Under the pieces are notes generated by a model, which worked only from the letters and a program-made list of their open reading frames with translations, did no database searches and had not been told where the DNA came from. DNA of 64,000 nt from an uncultured delta proteobacterium (GTDB lineage: Bacteria; Desulfobacterota; Binatia; UBA9968). The stretch lies in NCBI GenBank assembly GCA_963745035.1, contig CAVUVW010000017.1, positions 128,001 to 192,000 on the forward strand, read 5' to 3'. Within the stretch, counting starts at the first letter, position 1. Each line of letters opens with the position of its first letter. The position numbers were made by a program, and so were the translations under genes. Positions 40,759-50,583 of this stretch are shown here, piece by piece.

Positions 40759-42871
40759 ATGGCGGCAAGAAGCAAATACATCATTGGTGTCGATACCGGC
40801 GGCACCTTCACCGACGTCGTCGTCATGGGCGACGGCGGCCAGGTCTGGTCGGCGAAAGCGTCGACCACGCCGGACGATTTTTCCCGCGGGGTGATGGACG
40901 CGGTGGCGGAAGCGGCCAACGCCGTCGGCGTCGACACTTCCGAGCTGCTTACCCGAACAACGCTTTTCAAACACGGCAGTACCGTCGCGACCAATGCCTT
41001 GATTACTCACAGCGGCTGCAAAGTCGGTCTCATTACGACCAAGGGCTTCGAAGACACGACGGAGATCATGCGCGCCATCGGCCGGGTCGACGGCCTTTCC
41101 GATGATGAAATCAAGCACGTCACCTGGATCACCAAGCCCGAGCCGTTCGTCACCCGCGAGCGCGTGATCGGCGTGCGCGAGCGCATGGATTATCAAGGCA
41201 ACGAGATCGTGCCGCTCAATTGGGACGATGTCATGGACGCCATCCGGCGCCTGATGGAAGAAGAGAAAGTCGATGCCATCGCCGTCAGCCTGATGCATGC
41301 ATGGGCCAACCCAAAACACGAAGAAGAGATCCGCGCGCTCACCGCCGAAGCCGACCCGCATCGAAAAGTTTACTGGTCCTTCGGCAGCGCGCTTTCTCAA
41401 GTCGCCGGCGAGTACGCCCGCGCCAACACCGCGATCCTGAACAGCTACCTGGGCCCGACGGTCGAGCGCTATTTGAAAGGCCTCGAGACCAAGTTGCAGA
41501 GCGGAGGGCTCAGCGGACCGCTGCTGATCATGCAGGGCAACGGCGGCGTGGCGCACCGCGAGCACGTGAGCGCCATCGCCAATCTACAATCCGGCCCGGC
41601 CGGCGGTATGATCGCCTCGGCCTACGTCGCCGGCTTGCTCGGGCACAAGAACGTCATCACCACGGACATGGGCGGCACGAGCTTCGACGTCGGTCTCATC
41701 ACCGAAGGCTACTGGCGCTATGCGCAGGAACCGATCGTCGAGCGGTTTCGCATGCAACAGCCGATCATCGACATCGAATCCATCGGCGCGGGCGGCGGCA
41801 CGATCGCGCAGGTCGAGGCTGAGACCGGCCGGTTGCTGGTCGGCCCGCGCAGCGCCGGCGCCAGCCCCGGACCGGTTTGCTACGACGCCGGCGGAGAACA
41901 GGTCACCGTCACCGACTGCGATGTGGCACTCGGAATTATCGATCCAGATTATTTTCTCGGCGGGCGAAAAAGTTTGAACACGGAGAAAGCGCTGCGCGCT
42001 ATCGAGGAAAATCTCGCCAAGCCGCTCAAGCTCAAGATTCACGAAGCCGCCGCCGGTGTTCACGATATCGTCAACGCCAAGATGTCCGATCTGATTCGCC
42101 GCCAAGTCGTTCGCACCGGTTATCTGCCGGAAGAGTTCGTCATCTATGCCTTCGGCGGCGCCGGCCCGGTGCATGCTTCGGGTTTCGCCGCCGAACTGGG
42201 CATCCGGCAGATTTATATATTCGCCACCTCGCCGGTCTTCTCTGCTTTCGGTGCGGCGGCCGCCGACGTCATCCGCACGCGGGTCATGAGCTGCCAGTTC
42301 GTGTTGCCCGCCGATCCGGTGGTGATCAATGGACGGCTCGACGCCATCGAAAAAGAGATGGGCGGCGCCGTGGCGGCCGAAGGCTTTAAGCCGAGCCAGA
42401 TCGAATTTCGCCGCTACTTCACCATGCGCTACCGCCGTCAGAGCGCCGGCGTCGAGATGCCGGTGAGCTGGGAGCGTCTGAACGCCAAACGACTGAGCGA
42501 AATGCAATCGAGCTTCGAGAAAGAAATACGAAGAGCTTTACGGCGTCGGCGCCGGATACGCGAAAGCGGGAATCGAGATCAGTGAAATCCGCGTCGACGC
42601 GGTCGGCAAAGTCGCCAAGCCTAAACTGAGCGCCAAAAAGAAGTCCAATGGCGACAGCCGCGCCGCACGAAAAGGCAAGCGCCAGGTCTTCTTCACCCGG
42701 CCCGAGCGCAAGCTTATCGACACACCGATCTACGATTACGAGAGGCTCGGGGTCGGCGCCACCGTGCGCGGCCCCGCGATCGTCGAGCTACCGTTCACGA
42801 CGACCCTCGTACCGCCGGAGCATAAAGTTACCGTCGATCGGTATATGAATTTAGTGATGGAAGTGCCGTAG
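40759..42871 (+). CDS. hydantoinase A/oxoprolinase (acetone carboxylase beta-like) subunit; frameshift near 42525
   Basis: GVDTGGTFTD, SGPAGG, DMGGTSFDV, GAGGG and FGGAG motifs; shifted frame continues YGVGAGY...GPAIVELPFTTTLVPP...MEVP*. Confidence 0.92.
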
Positions 42872-42889
42872 GAAGATGGAGAGAAGAAA

Positions 42890-43140
42890 ACTGGAGTGAT
42901 GGAGTACTGGAGTGTTGGAGTGATGGGAGATGCGAATGCGCCGGCATTTCGTGGTCCGAAAGACTCACCGCGGAGGCGCGGAGTACGCCGAGACAAGTTT
43001 TGTTAATCAAGAATTATTCCGAACTCTGCGAACTTTGAGCCTCTGCGGTGGAATGTCCTTTTCTTGGGTTGCAGCTCTCATCATGCGGTTTATCAATCCG
43101 AACCCAATACTCCATCACTCCAACACTCCAGTACTCCAAC
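42890..43140. repeat. composite palindrome: octamer arms (TGGAGTnn / nnACTCCA) enclosing a nonamer element at 42965-43050
   Basis: ctggagtgatggagtactggagtgttggagtgatgg ... tactccatcactccaacactccagtactccaa. Confidence 0.8.
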
Positions 43141-43162
43141 TCAATGGCGTTAGGAGTTTCCC

Positions 43163-45430
43163 TTGAATAAAATCGATCCCATTCGCTACGAAATGTTCCT
43201 TCACCGTTTGTGGGCAATCGGTGAGGAAGGACGCATGACTCTCCAGCGCGTGACCGCTTCGCCGATCGTTTCCCAGGGCGGCGAATGCATGAGCTCGTTT
43301 TACGACGCCGAGGGCACCATGGTGCTGGCTTGTTCCGGTCATCTGCGCTTTGCCGCTGCAACCTCCGACGCGATCCGCGATCTCAAGCAACGGTTCGAAA
43401 AAGCTCCCGGTTTTTTTGACGGCGACCAGTTTTTCTTCAACGATCCTTACGTCGCCGGCTCCCATACCTATGACATGATGATCGTCAAGCCGATTTTCCA
43501 TCGCGGCGAGTTGATCGCGTGGACCGCCACCAGTACCCACACGGCGGACACCGGCGGAGTTCTACGCGGCGGCGCCTACGAAATTTTCCATGAGGGCATT
43601 TGTGTTCCGGGATTGAAGATCGTCGAAAAGGACGAATTTCGCGAGGACGTGTTTCAGACCCTCACCGGCATGTGCCGCGACCCGCAATATGTCGGTCTCG
43701 ATCTCAAGGCGATGATCGCCGGCAATAATATCTGCGCCAAGCGCTATCTCGGTCTGGTGGAAAAATTCGGCCTCAAGTTCGTCCAGCAAGCCGGCGAAAA
43801 AATGATCGAAGACTCCGAAGCAAAGTCGCGGGCCAAACTTCGCTCCATGCCCGACGGGACGTGGGTCACCCGGCAATACGTCACGACCCTCGACCGCAAA
43901 ACGCGCAAGTCGGTCGCGCAGCAGCTTTACTGCACAATGACCAAGAAGGGCGACTCGCTGACTTTCGACTTCGCCGGCACCAGTCCGCAGACCGACACCG
44001 ACCACAACTCCACCCTTCCCAGCACCATCGCGCATATCGCGCTGGCTTTGACCAACGCGCTCTTCTGGGACGTGCCGTGGAGCGACGGCAAGATGCGGCC
44101 GGTGAAAATTCTCGTGCCCGAAGGCAGCATTCTCAACTGCAAGTATCCCGCCGCGTGCGGCGCCGGCCCGCGCATCGGCAACGTGCTCGTCTCCACCGTC
44201 TGCGAGGCTGTGGCCAAGATGATCTACGCCTCGGGCCGGTACGACGACGTCAATGCGTCGACGACCGGCAATTTGGAATTCGTCGGCGGCCCCGGCTACT
44301 TCTACGGCGGCCACACGCGCGAAGGCATCGCCGTCGCCCAGGGACTCTACGACATTCACGGCTCCGGCATGGGCGCCGCGCCGCGCCGCGACGGCGTCAA
44401 CACCGGCGGGCACATGAATATTCCATCCGCCGGCATCAGCGACGTCGAGCGCATCGAAATGCAGTATCCGTTTCTCTACTTCACGCGCTCGCATAATCCC
44501 GACGGCAGCGGCTTCGGCCAATACCGCGGCGGCCTCGGCAGCCATCGCGTTTATTTCATCTACGGCTCAAAAGATTGCAGCGTCGACTACAAACCTTACG
44601 GCGGCGTCGCCCAAGGCGGGTTCGGTCTGGGCGGGGGATATCCCACCGGCAACGGCGCAACGCGGGTAATCATCGAAGCCGGACTCGGTATGCTCGACCG
44701 GGTCAAAAGCGGTGAGCACCCGACCGCCGAAGCCCTGCGCGAAGGCAAATGGGGCAAATCGATTCTGCCGGCTGGAGTGCCGGAGCGCGTGCCGCTCCCT
44801 GAAGGCAGCCTGCTCGTCGATTACGTTGCTGGCGGTGGCGGATTCGGCGATCCCATCGATCGCGATCCCCAGGCGGTGCTGAAGGATTTTGGCCGCGGAT
44901 GGGTGAGCCGCGGCGTAGCCGAGAATACGTATGGCGTCGTTCTAACCGACGACGGCAAAGCAGTAGACGCTCAGGCGACAGAGAATCGCAGACAGAAGAT
45001 TCGGGAGAAGCGAAAGCAGGGAGGCGAGCCGATCGCGAAACCTGCGGTCGCTGCCAATGATTCTGGGCAGAATGGCTGGAACACGCTGCTCAAGTTTCAT
45101 CGCGCCCTGGAAATCGCCACGAACGGAAAGCAAAAGGTCGTGCGCTGCACGCGCTGCGGCCATAGTTTCTGCAAGGCGGACGACAACTACAAGCTTTACG
45201 CTCTGCATCAGGTGACGCACTTGAACGAAATCATGCCGCCTTTGCCGTCGGGTGAGCCGTACATCGGCGAGTATCATATCTACTCCTGTCCGGGCTGCGC
45301 CACGCAACTGCAAGTGGACATGTTCAGCCCAAGCCTCGGCGGCGACGCCGTGCTATGGGATACGCGTATCGACGCGGACCGGCTGAAATTGAACAAAAGC
45401 AAAGTTATGGAAAGAGAGGCCCGAAAGTGA
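43163..45430 (+). CDS. hydantoinase B/oxoprolinase subunit fused to an acetone-carboxylase gamma-like Zn domain
   Basis: NDPY..GSH..D, HTADTGG, GQYRGG and GGGGFGDP motifs, then RCTRCG...SCPGC. Confidence 0.9.
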   Translation: MNKIDPIRYEMFLHRLWAIGEEGRMTLQRVTASPIVSQGGECMSSFYDAEGTMVLACSGHLRFAAATSDAIRDLKQRFEKAPGFFDGDQFFFNDPYVAGSHTYDMMIVKPIFHRGELIAWTATSTHTADTGGVLRGGAYEIFHEGICVPGLKIVEKDEFREDVFQTLTGMCRDPQYVGLDLKAMIAGNNICAKRYLGLVEKFGLKFVQQAGEKMIEDSEAKSRAKLRSMPDGTWVTRQYVTTLDRKTRKSVAQQLYCTMTKKGDSLTFDFAGTSPQTDTDHNSTLPSTIAHIALALTNALFWDVPWSDGKMRPVKILVPEGSILNCKYPAACGAGPRIGNVLVSTVCEAVAKMIYASGRYDDVNASTTGNLEFVGGPGYFYGGHTREGIAVAQGLYDIHGSGMGAAPRRDGVNTGGHMNIPSAGISDVERIEMQYPFLYFTRSHNPDGSGFGQYRGGLGSHRVYFIYGSKDCSVDYKPYGGVAQGGFGLGGGYPTGNGATRVIIEAGLGMLDRVKSGEHPTAEALREGKWGKSILPAGVPERVPLPEGSLLVDYVAGGGGFGDPIDRDPQAVLKDFGRGWVSRGVAENTYGVVLTDDGKAVDAQATENRRQKIREKRKQGGEPIAKPAVAANDSGQNGWNTLLKFHRALEIATNGKQKVVRCTRCGHSFCKADDNYKLYALHQVTHLNEIMPPLPSGEPYIGEYHIYSCPGCATQLQVDMFSPSLGGDAVLWDTRIDADRLKLNKSKVMEREARK

Positions 45431-46398
45431 CTCGACTGTTTATGTTCTCGTTATCGGTCCTATGGGTCGCATCGGTCTTAGCTGTCCCATTGAGCTTCGC
45501 TCAAGACCGCCTCACTTTCGGTCTGACGACACGAGCCGGCAGCACTTCGCTTCCCTTCGTGATCGCCGAAGAGAAGGGCTTTTTCAAAAGCGAAGGACTG
45601 AACGTCATCGTCGTCATCATGCAGAATCAAGTCGTCGTCAACGGCGTCGTCACGCGCAACGTCGATTACGGCGGCACTTTCTCCAACTTCGTCGGCGCGG
45701 CGATTTCCGGGCTGCCCGTGCGCATCGTGATGTCGGCCATGGACGGCTCGGATCACTACCTCGTCACAAGCGCCAATGTGAAAAGAGTCGAAGACTTGAA
45801 AGGCAAGACCTTCGGCATCAGCAGCTTCGGCGGCACGCCGCACAGCGAAGCGGTGATGATCCTGCGAAAGTACGGCATGAACCCGGAGAAAGACGTGACC
45901 TTTTTGCAGATCGGCGGCAGCTCGAGCCGCTACGCCGCCCTGGAGAGCGGCTCCATCCATGCCGCCATGCTGGTACCGCCTTTCAACAATTTCGCGAAGA
46001 AGCGCGGCTTCAATCAGCTCCTGTCGTTCAACGATATCATGAATATTCCCCTCGGCGGCATCGCGGTTCATACGCAGCAAATGAAGGAGAAGCCCGACGA
46101 GATCGTCAAGATGATCAAGGCGGTGCTCAAGGCCACGGATTACATCCGGAATCGGAAAGCGGACATCTTATCTCACCTGGAAGCCAAGTGGGGCATCAAG
46201 GAAGCCGACGTGCGCGAGAGCATCTACCGCGATATGGTCGGTCTGTTCAGCAAGGACGGCGTCGCGTCCGACCAAACCATGAACAACGTGTTGGGTTTGG
46301 TGCGCGACACGCGCAAAACCAAGGATGACAAAACGCTAGCGGATATCGTCGACTGGAGCTTCGCGAGAAAAGCGCAGGCGGAACTGAAGATTCGCTAA
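45427..46398 (+). CDS. NitT/TauT-family ABC substrate-binding protein
   Basis: GTG overlaps the upstream TGA; signal peptide; IAEEKGFFKSEGL and DLKGKTFGISS motifs. Confidence 0.88.
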   Translation: MTRLFMFSLSVLWVASVLAVPLSFAQDRLTFGLTTRAGSTSLPFVIAEEKGFFKSEGLNVIVVIMQNQVVVNGVVTRNVDYGGTFSNFVGAAISGLPVRIVMSAMDGSDHYLVTSANVKRVEDLKGKTFGISSFGGTPHSEAVMILRKYGMNPEKDVTFLQIGGSSSRYAALESGSIHAAMLVPPFNNFAKKRGFNQLLSFNDIMNIPLGGIAVHTQQMKEKPDEIVKMIKAVLKATDYIRNRKADILSHLEAKWGIKEADVRESIYRDMVGLFSKDGVASDQTMNNVLGLVRDTRKTKDDKTLADIVDWSFARKAQAELKIR

Positions 46399-46402
46399 GC
46401 TC

Positions 46403-46467
46403 CGTGTTCGTGTTCGTGACCGTGGTCGAATTTCTCGCTCCCTCACGAGCACGAGCCACGAACACGG
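46403..46467. repeat. hexamer-period inverted repeat between convergent genes
   Basis: cgtgttcgtgttcgtgaccgtgg ... cacgagcacgagccacgaacacgg. Confidence 0.65.
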
Positions 46468-47460
46468 CTACGATCCCAGCTTCTTGAAAAACCCTTCCTT
46501 CTCCAATTCGTCCAGCAGCGAGTGATCGACGAATTCCTCCGGCTTGCGGTTTTTGAAGTCCGGATTCTGCTCGGCGTAAAAGTTGATCGTGTCGCGCACG
46601 CCGTCCAAGTTCACCCGCGGCGGCAAGGAAAACCGCGGCGCGAAGTATTCGTAGGTCGTTCGCACGGTTTCCGGATCGTCGATGCGCATGCGATTTGCGA
46701 AGACCTTCATGGTCCGGACGCGGTCCATCTTGATGACATGGATCGCTTCGGCGTAGCCGCGCACGAAGCGCTTCACCTGGTCGCGGTTCTCCTTGAGCGA
46801 GCTGCCTTTCACGTACAGCGATGACTGTGTGAAGTTCGTGCTCATGTCGCCCATATCCGCCAAAACGCGATAGCCGGCCTTGACCGCGATGGTCAGGTGG
46901 GGCGGTGAAAGAATCGTCGCATCGATGCGTCCCGCCATGAGCGCGCCCATGCGCGTAGGAGCGTCGCCGCCGATGATCACTTGCACGTCGGAATGCTTTA
47001 AACCCCATTCCTTGAGGGCGAGTTGCAGCGCAAGATCGTTGGAGCCGCCGTAGTTGAGAATATTGACCCGCTTGCCGCGCAGGTCTTTGGGACTGCGAAT
47101 CTCGGGTTTGACGACGAATGCGTAGGGAAACTTGTTGTAGGACGCCGCAATGACTTTGATGTCCGATCCCCTGACCGCGGCCGCGAGGGGTCCGGTAGCC
47201 GATCCGGTGGAGAAATGCGTGCTGTTACCCAACAGCGCAGCGACGGAGCGTGCCGCTCCGGTGATCATGATGATTTCCACGTCGAGCCCATGCTTCGCGA
47301 AGATACCCAGATCCCGGCCGACCCACGTCGTGCTTTGAAATCCCGCGTGACCACCGTAATCCGCGATCAGTTTTTCCGCAGCGTAGCTGTTGCTTATCGG
47401 GGCGCAAAGGGCGATCAAAAAGATTATTTTGAAATATTGGATCACGGTGATTCTCTCCAT
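46468..47460 (-). CDS. NitT/TauT-family ABC substrate-binding protein
   Basis: Signal peptide; GIFAKHGLDV, DLRGKR and KPEEFVD motifs; TTGACC-N17-TAGTAT at 47516-47488. Confidence 0.9.
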   Translation of the reverse strand: MERITVIQYFKIIFLIALCAPISNSYAAEKLIADYGGHAGFQSTTWVGRDLGIFAKHGLDVEIIMITGAARSVAALLGNSTHFSTGSATGPLAAAVRGSDIKVIAASYNKFPYAFVVKPEIRSPKDLRGKRVNILNYGGSNDLALQLALKEWGLKHSDVQVIIGGDAPTRMGALMAGRIDATILSPPHLTIAVKAGYRVLADMGDMSTNFTQSSLYVKGSSLKENRDQVKRFVRGYAEAIHVIKMDRVRTMKVFANRMRIDDPETVRTTYEYFAPRFSLPPRVNLDGVRDTINFYAEQNPDFKNRKPEEFVDHSLLDELEKEGFFKKLGS

Positions 47461-47881
47461 AGCGATTTTAGCCTTCTTCGTGCCCGGATACTAAAGATCT
47501 AACAATCTTGGGTCAAGAGAACGGACCTATCGGGTCTGGGACCCGCGGAGGTCTTACTTGCCTGCAATCGAAAGCCCGGCGATCCTGCGCACGAACTGAA
47601 AAATACTTTACGAGAAAATCGCACTGAGAGGTGGTTCCCGATGTTTGTCGCCGAAAATTTTGGACGAATTGCGTAGATTGCGCAGAAGATTTACCGCAAA
47701 CGTACGTTGAGACTAATCAGTTACCTCAGCGCTACTTTTCAGGTTGTGCTGCTCGAGATATAAGGCCGAGATCTCATTTCAAACTCGACCCGTCATGGAT
47801 CTTCGGGGGGTGTTTTATCGTATTCACGCGTAAGTGTTTTACGCGTTCATCAAGTCTCTAAATTCATCGTCTTTGGCCAAA

Positions 47882-47896
47882 TGGCACCGGTTCTGC
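47882..47896 (+). promoter_or_regulatory. sigma54 (-24/-12) promoter
   Basis: TGGCACCGGTTCTGC with GG-N10-GC spacing; upstream palindrome ACGCGTAA-N5-TTACGCGT at 47826-47846. Confidence 0.55.
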
Positions 47897-47980
47897 GAGC
47901 GGTGAGGGAAGGACAGGAGGGAAGAACGCTCTAACAACAGGTTGTGGATCATTCGAGGTGCCGTCTCCGGCACCTCGAAT
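47897..47980 (+). ncRNA. candidate sigma54-driven small RNA
   Basis: No ORF follows the promoter; purine/GGA-rich segment, then a perfect 13-bp hairpin at 47951-47980. Confidence 0.3.
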
Positions 47981-48014
47981 ATGAGTGTGGCTTACCGCGG
48001 TAGGCGGCCATTCG

Positions 48015-48554
48015 CTAGTGTGAAATCTTCAAAGCGACGCCAAGCGGTAAAGCATGAGGTCCGGTGCTTAATGCCGTGCCCAGTCTTTCCAGTTCCCACG
48101 ATGAAACCTTTTCCGTGGAAGCGACTTCTTTTGTAGCCGCTTGCAACTTGTCAGCCTCGGGCAGCTTGATCAGGTATTTGACGTTGTTGCCATCGGCCAG
48201 TGTCAGTGACAAGACCATGTGCTTGCCTTCTTCTGTTGCCAGTGTTTGCATCGATGAGACTCGACTGGAAAGCCCGGTCTTGGTCACCGTATCGCTGTAC
48301 AACCAGATGAATGCCCCGATGAATGAGGCCATCACCAACCAGCCAAACTGGCCGATCCTTTTCTGCCGCTTCACTGATCGGCTTCTCTGTTGATCGAAAA
48401 ACTTGCGGTAAGATTCCTTTTCTGCCGTTAGTCGCTTAAGCGGATCCTGCTCCGGCGAGCTAGGCGGTTGATTGAAGCCGAGATCTAAGGTGTTCAGGAT
48501 CATGCCCACGATCAGCAACCCCAGTGGAACACCGATTATCAGTAGAGGGTTCAT
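48015..48554 (-). CDS. hypothetical membrane protein (2 TM)
   Basis: AAGGAG RBS; two hydrophobic segments; 179 aa. Confidence 0.7.
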   Translation of the reverse strand: MNPLLIIGVPLGLLIVGMILNTLDLGFNQPPSSPEQDPLKRLTAEKESYRKFFDQQRSRSVKRQKRIGQFGWLVMASFIGAFIWLYSDTVTKTGLSSRVSSMQTLATEEGKHMVLSLTLADGNNVKYLIKLPEADKLQAATKEVASTEKVSSWELERLGTALSTGPHALPLGVALKISH

Positions 48555-48922
48555 AACTCTCCTTTTTTCAGGCTCTCACTAGCCTTGGGAATTTGGAAGA
48601 GGGAGGGGTCTGGACCGGAGTACGTTCGCTTACCGGAGCCGAAGTCCTTGCCACCGCTGGTTATGGGTGCAGGCCTTCTACCTCTTGCGCGCCACTACAT
48701 CGGAAGGAATGAAGCGTTATCGACTCTATAGGAGGGGAAGCTTTGTAGCAAGGGTGCACTTCCGGCGGCTAACAGCAACCCAATGCCTCGAGCTGCGGTG
48801 GAGTTCGCTAAACAAAATCGGGAATGCTACGATACAGCTTCCTTTAGAGCTTTTTTCCACTTCTCGAACCGCCCCCCGAGCTTTAAACGAGCCGGGGGTT
48901 TTTGTTGCCGGAGGAGGTTTTT

Positions 48923-49381
48923 ATGGACGAAAGAATCAGTGTTAGTCTGCGCGACGGCACGTTGGTACGGCACAAAACAATCGGCTACGAGGGCAAGGTC
49001 GAAGGCACGACCGCCATTAAAGCCTGCTTTACAAAAGGCGGGACTTTACAAGGGGTAGCGGCGACCAAGGAACCGTTTCAATATCGCGTGGCGGTCGACG
49101 GCATGTCTCTACGCTATATCGCCCCGGTGGACGACCTGGAAATCATCGAGGCCGTGACCGAGATCAGATGCGTGCGCTGTAACCGGGCTTTCAGTACGAA
49201 ACCTAGTCTGACAGGCAAAGCGGGCGGACGCTGCGCCTGCGGCGCCTGGATCTGCCCCGCCTGTCTGGGGTGCCAGGCGGAAGAATCTGACAGTAGCAAC
49301 CTCAAGCCTTGCGCCAGCCAGCGCAAACGGCTTTTGAAGAAAGCCAGCAGCGAAAGCAAATCGCCTGTTCAACGCCGGTAA
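48923..49381 (+). CDS. hypothetical protein with an 8-Cys C-terminal cluster
   Basis: GGAGG RBS; CVRC...CACGAWICPACLGC...C. Confidence 0.75.
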   Translation: MDERISVSLRDGTLVRHKTIGYEGKVEGTTAIKACFTKGGTLQGVAATKEPFQYRVAVDGMSLRYIAPVDDLEIIEAVTEIRCVRCNRAFSTKPSLTGKAGGRCACGAWICPACLGCQAEESDSSNLKPCASQRKRLLKKASSESKSPVQRR

Positions 49382-49414
49382 ATGAGCCGAGGCGGGCAAG
49401 CTTTCCACCGAATG

Positions 49415-49491
49415 CCAACATTTTCGATTCCGATTGCCGATTTTGGATTGTCGGAGTCAGATCGAAATAGCCGTCTAATAATTTCACGCAT
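49415..49491 (-). pseudogene. orphan 5' leader of an array unit
   Basis: Reads MREIIRRLFRSDSDNPKS; near-matches the leader of copy 7 (MLEIIGQLFRSHSDNRRS, about 56495-56544). Confidence 0.65.
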
Positions 49492-49548
49492 CCTTCCCGT
49501 CTCTTCATCCCAACCGCTTACTCACGCCTCTCGCCTCACGGCTCACGC

Positions 49549-50545
49549 CTACTTGATCACCTTGTCCGCTCGCGCCAACACGTTAGGAGGAATCGTCAGA
49601 CCAATCTGCTTCGCCGCAATGAGGTTGATCACGCAGCTCGAACTTTGTCGGCTGTCGACCGGCAGGTCGGCGGGCTTGGCGCCTTTCAAAATCTTGTCCA
49701 CATACGTTGCGGCGTGCTTGCACAGGTCCGCGAAATCATCGCGTCCATAGGACATCAAGTCCGCCGGCTTCGACAAATTCTCTCTGGCTGTAAATCGGCT
49801 GGAAGCCGGTTCTTGCGCCATGAGTTCTACGACCTGGGTTACGGAATGTAAAAGGAGGACCGAGTTCCCCAGCGCAAGAATTGCCTAGCGCGCCCCTTGC
49901 TTGCGGCTCGGAAGGCGTCTCAATATCTTTCGGGACCTAGCATCTCAAGGTATTGAAGCTTCACTCCGAACGTCGGCGCGCGCAAAGCCGCTTTCCATCC
50001 TCTTAGGGACTCGTGGGTTACCCGGAATAGTCGAATTCCCGAGAACGGCCACGCGAGAGAGCCTGGGAACGATCTCTTTCAGAAGCTCCAATTGCTTTCC
50101 GCTTATCTCCGGCGAAAGGTTGAAGTCCTGTGACGTTCCCGCCAGGTCGCGCCAAGCTAGCGACGATGCCATTCCAACAGGATCGAAATCCTGTGCCATG
50201 ACAACGGGAATCGTATTGGTCGCCTCCCTGGCGGCACGGGTTGATCCCGGACCTCCCGTGACGATGATATCGACCTTGAGACGCACCAGTTCAGCCGCCA
50301 GTGCGGGAAGCCGTTCTGACTTTCCATCGCGTTTCGCCTCTCAATGACGATGTTTTTTCCCGGCACATATCCAAGCTCGCGCAGGCCATGGAGGAATGCG
50401 TCGTACCGATCCGAGATAGAGGAATGCGAGGGAGTCAGCGAGATAGCCTATCCGCGGAACTTTCTTCGGCTGCTGCGCCCCGAGCGGACGAGCAAAGCGC
50501 AAAGAGCATGGCGCAAAGCGCTACCGCAGAAATGTTTCGCTTCAT
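49549..50545 (-). pseudogene. ABC_sub_bind SBP copy 1 (many frameshifts; may be sequencing error)
   Basis: [18 protein letters not shown] leader; [11 protein letters not shown]; [12 protein letters not shown]...[10 protein letters not shown]. Confidence 0.85.
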
Positions 50546-50583
50546 TGTTCTCATCTCACGCCTTACGCCTCACGGCTCACGGC

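Noticed and set aside
159-42871. Frameshifts in ordinary genes as programmed frameshifting or true pseudogenes
   Set aside because: Scattered single-base indels, often at short homopolymers, in otherwise intact genes are best explained as sequencing or assembly errors.
48560-48860. Structured leader RNA between the two divergent hypothetical genes
   Set aside because: No known motif recognised and no comparative data to support a structure.
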